Below the pieces are notes generated by a model. It saw nothing but the letters and a program-made list of their open reading frames with translations. It was not told the DNA's origin and did no database searches. This document shows, piece after piece, positions 54,839-64,000 of a stretch of DNA of 64,000 bases. How positions within the stretch are numbered: position 1 is the first letter of the stretch; each line of letters starts with the position of its first letter. Made by a program: the position numbers and the translations under genes. This DNA is from Solirubrobacterales bacterium (GTDB lineage Bacteria > Actinomycetota > Thermoleophilia > Solirubrobacterales > 70-9), in the NCBI GenBank assembly GCA_046330295.1, contig JAXLTB010000001.1, positions 87,207-151,206 of the forward strand, given 5' to 3'.

Positions 54839-56470
54839 CTATTGCGCCGCCAGCAGCCACCACCAGCTGGGCTGACCCCCCTCATGGGTCTCGACCTCGA
54901 CGCCCCGGGGGACGTGGGTGTCGATCTCGGTCAGGGCGATCGGGGCTCCCTCGCCGGCGATCACGGTGACGATCTCCGCCCCCTCGGCGAGATGCTGGAT
55001 CGTCTCGGTGAGGGTCGAGCCGGCGCCGCCCCAGGCGACGATCTCGCCATCGGCGAACCCGACCGCGTCGCCCTGCTTGAAACGGCCCTGGGCGTCGTCG
55101 CGGGCCGCCGGCGCGACGCCACCGGTCGCCACCCCGTCCAGCGCCCCCTCGAGCCGCTCGGCGTTCTCCTCGGCCGAGGCGTGCGGATCGAGCTCGACCA
55201 GAGCCAGCAGGCTCGCCTGCTGGGAGGTCGCCGGCACGACCCGGGCCGGCTTCTCGGAGAGCTCGCAGGCCCGCTCCGCGGCCATGATCACGTTGGATGA
55301 GCTGGGCAGGACCACTACCTCCTCCGAGGCGACCCCGTGGATCCCGGCCAGGAGCTCGTAGGTGGACGGGTTCAACGTCTCGCCGCCGGGGACGACGTTG
55401 GCGCCGAGCTCGCCGAAGAGACGCTCCAGGCCCTCCCCGGCGGCGACCGCCACCACCCCCGTACGCCCCGCGGCGAGGCGGGCGTCGCGTTCGGCCATCT
55501 GCTCGCGCATGTCGGCGACGTCGAGGTTGGTGACCTCGCCGACCCCGTCGAAGAGGGCGACGGCCGCCGCCGGCTCGTCGGTGTGGACGTGGACCTTGAG
55601 CGTCGCTTCGTCGCCGACGACGAGGACGGAGTCCCCGAGCCGCTCGAGGGGAGGCAGGAGCTCACGGCTGTCGAGGCCGCTGCCGGCGACGATGAAGTTG
55701 GTGCAGTAGCGGTAGCGGCTGTCCTCGTGGTGGGGCAGGCTCAGCCGTGGCGGCTCGTGGTGGGGCACCTCCGGCAGCTCGGCCCCGTCGCCCCGCAGGC
55801 CGGCGACCACGCCGGCGAGGATCAGCACCAGCCCGTGCCCGCCGGCGTCGACGACGCCGGACTCGCGCAGGACCTCGAGCTGCTCGGGGGTGCGGGCGAC
55901 GGCGCGCTCGCCGTCCTCGATCGCCCGCTCCAGGACCTCGGCCAGGACCGCGTCCTGCTGCTCTTCGCCGACGTCGCGGCCGAGCCGTTGTTTGTCGGCC
56001 TCGAGGTGGGCGAGCTGGCGGGCGAGCGAGTGCGCCATCTCCCGGAACACGGTCAGCATCGTTCCCTCGGCCGGCTCGCGCACCGACTCGTAGGCGGCGT
56101 CGGCGGCGGTGGCGAAGGCGGCGGCGACGAGGACCGGATCGACGAGCTCCCCCGGGCGGCTGGCCAGCTCCTCGGCGGCGCCGCGGACGATCTGGCTGAG
56201 GATGACCCCGGAGTTGCCGCGGGCGCCCATCAGCGCCGCCCGCGCCAGCGCCTGCACCAGCTGCGCGCGCCCGAACTCGTCGACCTCGAGCCCGTCGAGG
56301 CGATCGAGCTCCTCCATCACCGCGCGCAGGGTCATCGCCATGTTGTCGCCGGTGTCGCCGTCAGCGACCGGGAAGACGTTGAGGTCGTTGACCTCTTGGC
56401 GCCGCGCCTCCAGCGAGGCGTACGCAGAGCTGATGACCCGTCGGAACCGGGCGATCGAAGGATCGGACAT
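54839..56470 (-). CDS. DAK2-domain fusion protein YloV
   Basis: 543 aa. VFPVADGDTGDNM and GARGNSGVILSQ. Canonical position upstream of recG. Confidence 0.9.
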   Translation of the reverse strand: MSDPSIARFRRVISSAYASLEARRQEVNDLNVFPVADGDTGDNMAMTLRAVMEELDRLDGLEVDEFGRAQLVQALARAALMGARGNSGVILSQIVRGAAEELASRPGELVDPVLVAAAFATAADAAYESVREPAEGTMLTVFREMAHSLARQLAHLEADKQRLGRDVGEEQQDAVLAEVLERAIEDGERAVARTPEQLEVLRESGVVDAGGHGLVLILAGVVAGLRGDGAELPEVPHHEPPRLSLPHHEDSRYRYCTNFIVAGSGLDSRELLPPLERLGDSVLVVGDEATLKVHVHTDEPAAAVALFDGVGEVTNLDVADMREQMAERDARLAAGRTGVVAVAAGEGLERLFGELGANVVPGGETLNPSTYELLAGIHGVASEEVVVLPSSSNVIMAAERACELSEKPARVVPATSQQASLLALVELDPHASAEENAERLEGALDGVATGGVAPAARDDAQGRFKQGDAVGFADGEIVAWGGAGSTLTETIQHLAEGAEIVTVIAGEGAPIALTEIDTHVPRGVEVETHEGGQPSWWWLLAAQ

Positions 56471-56543
56471 CTGCAGGGGAATCTAGCCGCCCCCGCGGAA
56501 GGCGGGTGGCTGGACCGCGACCATTGCTACCTTCACCCGCTCG

Positions 56544-58748
56544 ATGAGACGGCTCGGCACCTGGTGCACCACCCACCGCAAGACGACGATCATCGCCTGG
56601 ATCGTCGCCCTGATCGCGATCGGCTTCGCCGCGGGATCAGCCGGCTCAGCCTTCTCCAACAACTTCGAACTGCCCGCCTCCGACTCCCAGAAGGCGCTCG
56701 ACCTGCTCAAGCACCGGTTCCCGGCGCAGGCTGGCGACACGGCGCAGGTCGTCTACCGCGCCGAAGGCGGGGTCTCGGCGCCGGACGTGAAGCCCAAGAT
56801 GGCGAAGGCGTTCGCCGAAATCGAGCGTGTGCCCCACGTCACCGGCGTCAGCGACCCCTACGCCAAGGGCAGCGACGCGATCAGCAAGGACGGCGAAATC
56901 GCCTACGCGACCGTCCAGTTCGACCTGACCACCAACAAGCTGCCGAAGCAGAACACCGAAGAAGTCATCGGCATCGCCGAAGGCGCGGCCGGTCCCGGGC
57001 TGCAGGTGGCGCTGGGCGGTCAGCCGATCGAGCAGGTGCGCCAGAGCAAAGGCGACACCTCCTTCGCGATCGGCCTGCTGGCGGCGATCGTGATCCTCCT
57101 GATCACCTTCGGCTCGGTGGTGGCGATGGGTCTGCCGCTCCTCACGGCGCTGTTCGCGCTCGGGGTCGGCCTCAGCCTGGTCACGCTCGGCACCCATGTC
57201 TTCGACACCGCCGACTTCGCCACGCAGCTGGCGGCGATGATCGGGCTCGGGGTCGGGATCGATTACGCGCTGTTCATCCTCACCCGCTTCCGCAATGGAC
57301 TCGACGACGGGCTCGAACCGCGACCGGCGGCGGTGGCGGCGATCGACACCGCCGGCCGCGCCGTCCTCTTCGCCGGCGTCACCGTGATCATCGCCCTGCT
57401 GGGGATGCTGCTGCTCGGCGTCACCTTCCTCTACGGCGTGGCGATCGCCGCGGCGATCGCGGTCGCGATGACGATGTTCGCCACCCTGACCCTGCTGCCG
57501 GCGCTGCTGGCGATCGCCGGCCGGCGCGTCGACCGCCTGCGCGTCCCCGGCCTCGGCCGCCGCGAGAGCACCTCTGTGGAGCGGCGGCGCTGGTACCGCT
57601 GGAGCCTCTGGATCCAGCGTCGCCCGGTGCTCGCGATGGCGCTGTCGGGGGGCTTTCTCCTGCTTCTCTGCGTGCCGATGCTGTCGCTCCGGCTCGGCTC
57701 CAGCGACGCCGGCTCCGACCCGGCCGGCAGCACGACCCGGGAAGCCTACGACTGGCTCGCCGAAGGCTTCGGCCCAGGCTTCAACGGTCCCTTCCTGATC
57801 GTCGCCAAACTGCCCGGGAAGGGAGAGGACCAGGCTCTGAAGACGCTGGCCAAGGAGGCCGAAGGCGAGTCCGGAGTCGCTGCGAGGACCGACATCGTCC
57901 TCAACCCGGCCGAAGACACCGGCACCTTTCAGATCTTCCCGACGACTTCGCCGCAGAGCGAGGCGACCACCGAACTGCTCCACCGCCTGCGCAACGACCT
58001 GATCCCGCCGGTCGAGGGCAGCACCGGCGCCGCGATCCACGTTGGCGGCACCACCGCGATCTTCGAGGACTTCGGCAACGTCCTCGCCGAAAAGCTGCCG
58101 CTCTTCATCGGCGTCGTCGTGCTGCTCTCGGCGCTGCTGCTGATGGCCGTCTTCCGCTCGCTGCTGGTGCCGCTGAAGGCGATGCTGATGAACCTGCTCA
58201 GCATCGGCGCCGCCTTCGGCGTCGTCGTCGCCGTCTTCCAGTGGGGCTGGGGCGCGGGCATCATCGGGATCGACACGACCGGCCCGATCGAGTCCTTCCT
58301 GCCGGTCTTCCTGTTCGCGATCGTCTTCGGCCTCTCGATGGACTACGAGGTCTTCCTGATGTCGCGGATGCACGAGGAGTGGGAGAGACACCACGAAGCG
58401 TCCGCGGCCGTGACTCGCGGCCTGGCGCTGACCGGCCGGGTGATCACCGCGGCGGCGGCGATCATGGTCACCGTCTTCGCCTCGTTCATGATCGGCGAAG
58501 ACCGGATCATCAAACTCTTCGGCCTCGGCCTCGCGTCGGCCGTCTTCATCGACGCCGTGATCATCCGTTCGGCCCTCGTCCCGGCGCTGATGCAGCTCTT
58601 CGGCAGGAACGCCTGGTACTTCCCCGCCTGGCTCGGCCGCATCCTCCCCCGCCTGCACGTCGAGCCGGCGGAGGGCGATCCCGCTCCGACGGGAGAGCAC
58701 CCCGTTCACCCGGTCGACGAGCCCGCGCTGGACGCCGACGCCAGCTGA
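56544..58748 (+). CDS. MMPL family (RND superfamily) transporter
   Basis: 734 aa. Two 6-TM bundles, each preceded by an extracytoplasmic domain. GVGIDYALFILTRF and GLSMDYEVFLMSRM. Confidence 0.9.
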   Translation: MRRLGTWCTTHRKTTIIAWIVALIAIGFAAGSAGSAFSNNFELPASDSQKALDLLKHRFPAQAGDTAQVVYRAEGGVSAPDVKPKMAKAFAEIERVPHVTGVSDPYAKGSDAISKDGEIAYATVQFDLTTNKLPKQNTEEVIGIAEGAAGPGLQVALGGQPIEQVRQSKGDTSFAIGLLAAIVILLITFGSVVAMGLPLLTALFALGVGLSLVTLGTHVFDTADFATQLAAMIGLGVGIDYALFILTRFRNGLDDGLEPRPAAVAAIDTAGRAVLFAGVTVIIALLGMLLLGVTFLYGVAIAAAIAVAMTMFATLTLLPALLAIAGRRVDRLRVPGLGRRESTSVERRRWYRWSLWIQRRPVLAMALSGGFLLLLCVPMLSLRLGSSDAGSDPAGSTTREAYDWLAEGFGPGFNGPFLIVAKLPGKGEDQALKTLAKEAEGESGVAARTDIVLNPAEDTGTFQIFPTTSPQSEATTELLHRLRNDLIPPVEGSTGAAIHVGGTTAIFEDFGNVLAEKLPLFIGVVVLLSALLLMAVFRSLLVPLKAMLMNLLSIGAAFGVVVAVFQWGWGAGIIGIDTTGPIESFLPVFLFAIVFGLSMDYEVFLMSRMHEEWERHHEASAAVTRGLALTGRVITAAAAIMVTVFASFMIGEDRIIKLFGLGLASAVFIDAVIIRSALVPALMQLFGRNAWYFPAWLGRILPRLHVEPAEGDPAPTGEHPVHPVDEPALDADAS

Positions 58749-58849
58749 CGCAGGCTGACCGTCCAAGCCAGAGGGTGAACGGCGATGAGCGAGCAGCGGG
58801 CGCTATTCGCGAAGAGCGGGGCCACCCTCTGGTGCCGCGTCAGACAGCC

Positions 58850-59041
58850 TCAGGCGGCCTTCGTCACCTTGTTGGACTTCAAGCAGCGGGTGCAGACATA
58901 GGCGCGCAGCGGGCGGCCGTTCTCCTGGATCCGGACCTTCTGCAGGTTCGGATCGAAGCGCCGCTTGGTCGCGACCATCGAGTGGCTTCTGGACTGGCCG
59001 AACGCCGGTCCCTTGCCGCAGCTGTGGCAAACCTTGGCCAT
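58850..59041 (-). CDS. rpmB: 50S ribosomal protein L28
   Basis: MAKVCHSCGKGPAFGQSRSHSMVATKRRFDPNLQKVR. Confidence 0.95.
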   Translation of the reverse strand: MAKVCHSCGKGPAFGQSRSHSMVATKRRFDPNLQKVRIQENGRPLRAYVCTRCLKSNKVTKAA

Positions 59042-59063
59042 CGGGATCGTGGATGGTAGCCAG

Positions 59064-59558
59064 TCAGGAGAGTTGGCGCGCCGTCAAGGCCATCCGGGCC
59101 ACCGTGAGGGCCGAGTTCCGGCCCTGATCGCGCTTGTCCCCGCCCGCTCGCGCCAGCGCCTGTTCCATGTTGTCGCAGGTGATCACGCCGAAGGCGCAGG
59201 GCACCCCGGTCTGCAGCGCGACGTCCTGGATCCCGCGGGCGGTCGCGCCGCAGACGAAGTCGTAGTGGTCGGTCTCGCCGCGGATGACGACGCCGAGACA
59301 GGCGATGCCGGCGAACCCGCCGGTCTCGGCATGGAGCTTGGCCGCGAGCGGCAGCTCGTAGGCGCCCGGGACCGACACCCGGCTGACCGAGGTGGCCGGG
59401 ACCCCGGCGAGCTCGAAACCGTCGTCGGCGCCCTTGAGGAGGCGCTGGGCGAGCTCCTCGTAGTAGCGGCCGACGCACACCGCGAAGCGCAGCGGCGCCA
59501 GCGTCGCGCGCTCCTCGTCGCTGAACCGCTCGAGGAAGGCCCCCTCCGCGTCAGCCAT
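59064..59558 (-). CDS. ribH: 6,7-dimethyl-8-ribityllumazine synthase
   Basis: 164 aa. [33 protein letters not shown]. Confidence 0.95.
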   Translation of the reverse strand: MADAEGAFLERFSDEERATLAPLRFAVCVGRYYEELAQRLLKGADDGFELAGVPATSVSRVSVPGAYELPLAAKLHAETGGFAGIACLGVVIRGETDHYDFVCGATARGIQDVALQTGVPCAFGVITCDNMEQALARAGGDKRDQGRNSALTVARMALTARQLS

Positions 59559-60867
59559 CCACGTGCCTCGCGTCGCGCTCCTCCTCGTCGTGGATCATCT
59601 CCTCGTCGAGTGCCAGGCCCTGGTGGTGGAGCGAGTGGCCCATCTTGTCGCGCTTCGCCCGCAGATAGGCCTCGTTGTGGACGTTGGGCGCGGATTCGAT
59701 CGGCACCTGCATGGTGACCGACAGCCCGTAGCCCTCCAGGCCGACGATCTTTTTCGGGTTGTTGGTGAGGATGCGGATGCTGGTCAGCCCGAGGTCACCG
59801 AGGATCTGGGCGCCGATGCCGTAGTCGCGCAGGTCGGCCGGCAGCCCCAGCTTGAGGTTGGCTTCGACGGTGTCAGCACCCTCCTCCTGCAGCTTGTAGG
59901 CGCGCAGCTTGTTGAGCAGGCCGATCCCCCGTCCCTCCTGGGAGAGGTAGAGGAGGACGCCGCGGCCCTCCTGCTCGATCATCGACAGCGCCGCCGCCAG
60001 CTGGTCGCCGCAGTCGCAGCGCATGCTGTGGAAGACGTCGCCGGTGAGGCACTCGCTGTGGACCCGGACGAGGACGTCCTCAGCCCCGTCGACCTCGCCC
60101 TTGACCATCGCCACGTGGTGTTTGTCGTCCACCAGAGAGCGGTAGCCGACCGCGGTGAAGTCTCCGAAGGAGGTCGGCAGCGCCGTGGCGACGACCCGCT
60201 CGACCAGCACCTCGGTGCGGCGCCGATAGGCGATCAGGTCGGCGACCGTCACCATCTTCAGGCCGTGGCGCTGGCAGTAGGGAACCAGGTCGGGGATGCG
60301 GGCCATGGTGCCGTCGTCGTTCATCACCTCGCAGATAACCCCGGCGGGGATCAGGCCGGCGAGGCGGGCGAGGTCGACACTGGCCTCGGTGTGCCCGGTC
60401 CGCTCCAGGACGCCGCCGTCTTTGGCCCGCAGCGGGAACATGTGGCCGGGGACGACGATGTCGTGGGGACCGGATTCGGGGTCGATCGCGATCTGGATCG
60501 TGTGGGCGCGGTCGTGGGCCGAGATACCGGTGCTGACCCCGCCGGCCGCCTCGATCGCGACCGTGAAGGCGGTCTGCAGGGGCGCCTCGTTCTTGGCCGC
60601 CATCAGGTTGAGGCCGAGGCGCTCGCAGCGCTCTGCGGTCAGCGCCAGGCAGATCAGCCCGCGCGCCTCCTTGGCCATGAAGTTGACCGCCTCGGGAGTC
60701 GCGAACTGTGCCGCCATCACCAGGTCGCCCTCGTTCTCACGGTCCTCGCCGTCGCAGACGACGACCATGCGGCCGCGGCGGATTTCTTCGATCGCCTCCT
60801 CGATCGTCGAGAACGGGCCCTCGCCCGCCCCCGTCACCGAGTCCTCGTTCTTCTGGGCTTCCGTCAT
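59551..60867 (-). CDS. ribBA: Bifunctional 3,4-dihydroxy-2-butanone-4-phosphate synthase / GTP cyclohydrolase II
   Basis: Start at ATG 60867, 5 nt after the ribE stop. [25 protein letters not shown]...CDCG. Confidence 0.95.
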   Translation of the reverse strand: MTEAQKNEDSVTGAGEGPFSTIEEAIEEIRRGRMVVVCDGEDRENEGDLVMAAQFATPEAVNFMAKEARGLICLALTAERCERLGLNLMAAKNEAPLQTAFTVAIEAAGGVSTGISAHDRAHTIQIAIDPESGPHDIVVPGHMFPLRAKDGGVLERTGHTEASVDLARLAGLIPAGVICEVMNDDGTMARIPDLVPYCQRHGLKMVTVADLIAYRRRTEVLVERVVATALPTSFGDFTAVGYRSLVDDKHHVAMVKGEVDGAEDVLVRVHSECLTGDVFHSMRCDCGDQLAAALSMIEQEGRGVLLYLSQEGRGIGLLNKLRAYKLQEEGADTVEANLKLGLPADLRDYGIGAQILGDLGLTSIRILTNNPKKIVGLEGYGLSVTMQVPIESAPNVHNEAYLRAKRDKMGHSLHHQGLALDEEMIHDEEERDARHVDG

Positions 60868-60872
60868 ATGGC

Positions 60873-61478
60873 TCACGCTCGCTCCTTTCCGGCGAATGGT
60901 GCCACCAACCGCTCCACGTACTTCGCCACGATGTCGCACTCGACGTTCAAGAGGCTTCCAGGCCCCAGCTCGTCAAGGTTCGTGCGCTCGAGAGTCTCAG
61001 GGATCAGGGAAACTTCTGCCCAAGCTTGGCCCAAATCGGCGACAGTGAGGCTGACCCCGCTGAGCGTGATCGACCCCTTGTCGACGACGTAGCGCAGCAG
61101 CTCCGGCGCAAGGGCCACGCGGACCCGGCGAGCGAACCCATCCCCGCTGGTCGCCAAAACCTTCGCCACACCGTCGACATGTCCCTGGACGATGTGCCCG
61201 CCGAGCCGGTCCGACGCGTGCATCGCCAGCTCGAGGTTGACCCTGCCCCCGACCTCGACCCCGCCCAGAGCCGTGACCTCCAGGGTCTGGTTCATGGCCT
61301 CGGTCTCGAAGCCGCCCTCGTCCGCCGCTGTCGCGGTCAGGCAGACGCCGTTGACGGCGATCGAATCGCCCAAGCCGACTTCGGACCCGAGCGTGGTCGC
61401 GATCCGCAGCCTCGCTCCCTCCACGCCGGCCTCCAGCTCCTCGACCCTCCCCACATCCTGGATCAGTCCCGTGAACAC
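60873..61478 (-). CDS. ribE: Riboflavin synthase
   Basis: [22 protein letters not shown], and the duplicated [10 protein letters not shown]. Confidence 0.95.
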   Translation of the reverse strand: MFTGLIQDVGRVEELEAGVEGARLRIATTLGSEVGLGDSIAVNGVCLTATAADEGGFETEAMNQTLEVTALGGVEVGGRVNLELAMHASDRLGGHIVQGHVDGVAKVLATSGDGFARRVRVALAPELLRYVVDKGSITLSGVSLTVADLGQAWAEVSLIPETLERTNLDELGPGSLLNVECDIVAKYVERLVAPFAGKERA

Positions 61479-61479
61479 T

Positions 61480-62610
61480 TCACCACTCCCTGAACCTTGC
61501 CGTGATCAGGGTGTCCTCCCCGACCGCCTCGGTTCGCGACTCCAGTGCCACCAGACGCTCGCTTCCGGCCGCGGCCGAGCGCAGCGGGCCCCCGAGCAGG
61601 ATCGGCGCGATGAAGATCCGCGCCTGATCGACCTGCCCGGCGGCGAGGAAGGCGGTGGCCAGCGTGCGGCCGCCCTCCAGGAAGAGGCTGGTGATGCCGC
61701 GGCGACCGAGGTCGGCAAGAGCGGCCTGTACGCGATCCGCCGGGGTCGCGCCAGCGGCGACGAGGACTTCGGCGCCCGCGTCGCGCAGGGCGCCTGCCCG
61801 AGCCGGGTCGGCCTCGGGGACCGTGACCACGACCAGCGGGGAGCGGTCGAGGGTCGCCAGCAGCTGGGAGTCGGCGGGCAGGCGGGCCTCGGAATCGAAG
61901 ACGACGCGGACCGGCTGGCGGGCGTCGGGCTGGCGGGCGGTCAGCAGCGGGTCATCGGCGAGGACGGTGCCGATGCCGACGGCGATCGCGTCGGATTCGG
62001 CGCGCCAGCGGTGGACGAGGGCCCGGCTCGGCTCGCCCGAGATCCAGGGGCCCTCGCCGGGGGGGGTCGTGGTCTGTCCGTCGAGGGACATCGCCATCTT
62101 CAGGCTGACGAGCGGGATCCCGGTGCGGGCGTGCTTGCGGAACGGCTGGTTCAGCAGGCGGGCGGCCCCCGCCTCGCCCCCGGCGGCGAAGGAGACCTCG
62201 ACGCCGCCGTCGCGAAGGATCCCCGGCCCGCGACCCGACGCCTTCTCGCTCGGGTCCTCGGAGGCGAGCACGACCCGGGCGATCCCGGCCTCGAGGATCG
62301 CCTCGACGCAGGGCGGCTGGCGCCCCTGGTGGGCGCAGGGCTCGAGGCTGACGTACATCGTTGCCCCACCCGGATCCTCGCCTCGCCTCCGGCAGTCCTC
62401 CAGCGCCGCCCGCTCTGCGTGCAGCCCCCCGAGCTCGGCGTGGAACCCCTCCCCGATAACCTCTCCGTCGCGAGCGACCACCGCGCCGACCAACGGGTTC
62501 GGAGTCACCCGCCCCCGGCCGCGCTCCGCCAACTCGAGGGCGCGTCTCAAGTGCGTACCGTCGGCCGCTGTCAGCTGGGTATCCAAGAAACCGATTGACC
62601 CGTCAATCAA
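61480..62610 (-). CDS. ribD: Bifunctional riboflavin deaminase / reductase RibD
   Basis: 376 aa. Deaminase zinc motifs HAERAAL and PCAHQGRQPPC, plus a C-terminal reductase domain. TTG start, with TTG 62586 as an alternative. Confidence 0.9.
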   Translation of the reverse strand: MIDGSIGFLDTQLTAADGTHLRRALELAERGRGRVTPNPLVGAVVARDGEVIGEGFHAELGGLHAERAALEDCRRRGEDPGGATMYVSLEPCAHQGRQPPCVEAILEAGIARVVLASEDPSEKASGRGPGILRDGGVEVSFAAGGEAGAARLLNQPFRKHARTGIPLVSLKMAMSLDGQTTTPPGEGPWISGEPSRALVHRWRAESDAIAVGIGTVLADDPLLTARQPDARQPVRVVFDSEARLPADSQLLATLDRSPLVVVTVPEADPARAGALRDAGAEVLVAAGATPADRVQAALADLGRRGITSLFLEGGRTLATAFLAAGQVDQARIFIAPILLGGPLRSAAAGSERLVALESRTEAVGEDTLITARFREW

Positions 62611-62742
62611 TGATTCTAGCCACGGCTCGACATGGCTAGGCAGGGCAGGGACGCGGGGAGCGTGGCGCGCTCTGCATGCGAGCTACCGAGGATGCAGGGA
62701 TGCGACGCCATAGTGAGACTCTCCCGAATACTCTGACGCCGC

Positions 62743-63732
62743 GTGAAACTGATCATCCAGATTCCCTGCCTTAACGAGGAGGCGACGCTGCCGGCGACGA
62801 TCTCCGACCTGCCGCGGCAGGTCGAGGGCATCGACGAGGTCGAGCTGCTGGTGATCGACGACGGGTCCACCGACCGCACGGTCGCCGTCGCCCGCGAGTG
62901 CGGCGTCGACCACATCGTCCGGCTGACCAACAACAAGGGCCTCGCCGCCGGCTTCCAGGCCGGCCTCGACGCCTGCCTCAAGCTCGGCGCAGACGTCGTC
63001 GTCAACACCGACGCCGACAACCAGTACCGGGGGGCCGACGTCGTGAAGCTGGTCGGGCCGATCCTCGCCGGCGAGGCCGACATGGTCGTCGGCGACCGCC
63101 AGGTCTCCCAGATCGAGCATTTCTCCGGCTCCAAGAAAGGCCTGCAGCGCCTCGGCAGCTGGGTCGTCCGGCGCCTCTCGGGAACCGAGATCACCGACAC
63201 CACCTCGGGCTTCCGCGCCTACAACCGTGAGGCGGCGCTGCAGCTGCTGGTCGTCGACAACTTCACCTACACGCTGGAGAGCCTGATCCAGGCCGGCAAG
63301 ATGCTGGTCGCCGTCGACCAGGTGACGATCGGGACCAACCCGCAGACCCGCGAGTCCCGGCTGTCCGAATCAACCGGCGCCTACGTGCGCCGCAACGGCC
63401 CGGCGATCCTGCGGATCTACGCCCGCTACGAGCCGCTGCGCGCCTTCGCCAGCGCCGGGCTAGTCGTGATGGTGGCGGCCCTGGCGGCGTGGATGCCCTT
63501 CCTGATCGACTGGATCTTCAACGGACGGAGCAGCGGACACATCCAGTCGCTGATCCTCGGTGCCGTCCTCTTCATCGCCGCCGTGCAGCTCTTCGCCCTG
63601 GGGGTGATCGGCGACCTCTTGGCCGGCCAGCGGGTGATGACGCAGCGGGTCTTCGAGCGGGTCCGACGGGTCGAGCTGGCGCTGGGCGTCGAGCCCTCCC
63701 ACTACGAGCCGGGCGACCAGCACAACCGATGA
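62743..63732 (+). CDS. Family 2 glycosyltransferase with C-terminal TM helices (polyprenol-phosphate sugar transferase-like)
   Basis: 329 aa with a GTG start. QIPCLNEE, VIDDGSTDRT, NTDADNQY, and two C-terminal hydrophobic helices. Confidence 0.9.
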   Translation: MKLIIQIPCLNEEATLPATISDLPRQVEGIDEVELLVIDDGSTDRTVAVARECGVDHIVRLTNNKGLAAGFQAGLDACLKLGADVVVNTDADNQYRGADVVKLVGPILAGEADMVVGDRQVSQIEHFSGSKKGLQRLGSWVVRRLSGTEITDTTSGFRAYNREAALQLLVVDNFTYTLESLIQAGKMLVAVDQVTIGTNPQTRESRLSESTGAYVRRNGPAILRIYARYEPLRAFASAGLVVMVAALAAWMPFLIDWIFNGRSSGHIQSLILGAVLFIAAVQLFALGVIGDLLAGQRVMTQRVFERVRRVELALGVEPSHYEPGDQHNR

Positions 63733-64000
63733 AGGGTCGCAAGCGCGCCCCGGCCTCGGCCTCGGCCTCGGCCGAGTACGGCAAGACCGCGAGCTTCCTG
63801 GCGATCGGCGTCGGGCTGACCGGCGTCATCACCTACGCCTACTTCCTGATCGCCTCGCACGTGCTCTCCAAGCCCGACTACGGCCAGATCACGGTGCTCT
63901 GGTCGGCCGTCTTCATCACGATCTCGACGCTCTACCGGCCGGTCGAACAGCTGCTCTCGCGCCACATCTCCGAGCGCCTGGTCCGCGCCGAACCGATCGG
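63729..64000 (+). CDS. Membrane protein, probably polysaccharide-biosynthesis/flippase-like; partial, runs off the window
   Basis: ATGA overlap with the glycosyltransferase stop. MKGRKRAPASASASAEYGKTASFLAIGVGLTGVITYAYFLIASHVL... Only 90 codons are visible. Confidence 0.55.
   Translation, partial: MKGRKRAPASASASAEYGKTASFLAIGVGLTGVITYAYFLIASHVLSKPDYGQITVLWSAVFITISTLYRPVEQLLSRHISERLVRAEPI

Noticed and set aside
58768-58832. 10-bp inverted repeat CCAGAGGGTG / CACCCTCTGG between the convergent MMPL and rpmB genes
   Set aside because: It could be a bidirectional terminator, but the 45-nt loop and lack of a T-run make it weak. It is not reported as a feature.
62611-62742. Expected an FMN (RFN) riboswitch in the leader of the ribD-ribE-ribBA-ribH operon
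   Set aside because: I looked on both strands for the conserved RFN blocks (GGGTGAAATTCCC, ACCGGCGGT, GCCGACGGT, AGTCCGGATG) and did not see them. Only hairpins are evident: CTAGCCA-n10-TGGCTAG at 62616-62639 and CTGCAT-n14-ATGCAG. A GCCGACGGTA string at about 62555 lies inside the ribD coding region and lacks the other blocks. An Infernal scan with RF00050 is needed before claiming presence or absence.
63745-63775. Hexanucleotide tandem repeat (CGGCCT x4)
   Set aside because: It lies inside the N-terminus of the last ORF and simply encodes an Ala-Ser low-complexity stretch (PASASASA). There is no evidence of regulatory or phase-variation function.
1-64000. CRISPR arrays, rRNA genes, intact insertion sequences or prophage structural genes
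   Set aside because: No spaced direct-repeat arrays, rRNA-like conserved stretches, transposase ORFs or terminal inverted repeats were seen. The only recombinases are xerC (housekeeping) and the decayed integrase fragment.

Overview
High-GC (about 70% by eye, not computed) actinobacterial-type chromosome segment. About 19-64 kb is a conserved housekeeping backbone, mostly on the minus strand: ribDE(BA)H, rpmB, yloV, recG, rsmD, coaD, rpmF, plsX, acpP, rnc, smc, ftsY, ffh, rpsP, KH protein, trmD, rplS, lepB, rnhB, comM, dprA, thiD, ilvD, xerC and a WhiG/FliA-type sigma factor. A few accessory genes and gene remnants interrupt it. The left 19 kb is accessory. (a) A lipid-type cluster: Baeyer-Villiger monooxygenase, saccharopine-dehydrogenase-like reductase, GNAT, and a stand-alone KAS II. 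These flank a tightly coupled four-gene operon with the same five functions and order as the shikimate-to-cyclohexanecarboxyl-CoA cassette (ansJKL-chcA-ansM / plmJK-L-chcA-M), and no PKS is visible in the window. (b) A decayed island next to tRNA-Gly(GCC): VapBC, a frameshifted integrase remnant, pseudogenes, and the most unusual locus in the window. That locus is a MauE-like membrane domain, then a CGPC thioredoxin domain, then in the same open frame a twin-arginine signal-like segment and a 46-cysteine repeat domain. Other oddities are a 791-aa SMC with no recognisable hinge, L19 with a roughly 100-aa acidic tail behind a long structured leader, no rimM between the KH gene and trmD, a scrambled comM 3' end / dprA 5' end, and at least six disrupted accessory genes. 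All homology calls come from reading the translations and remembered family motifs. No database search was run.
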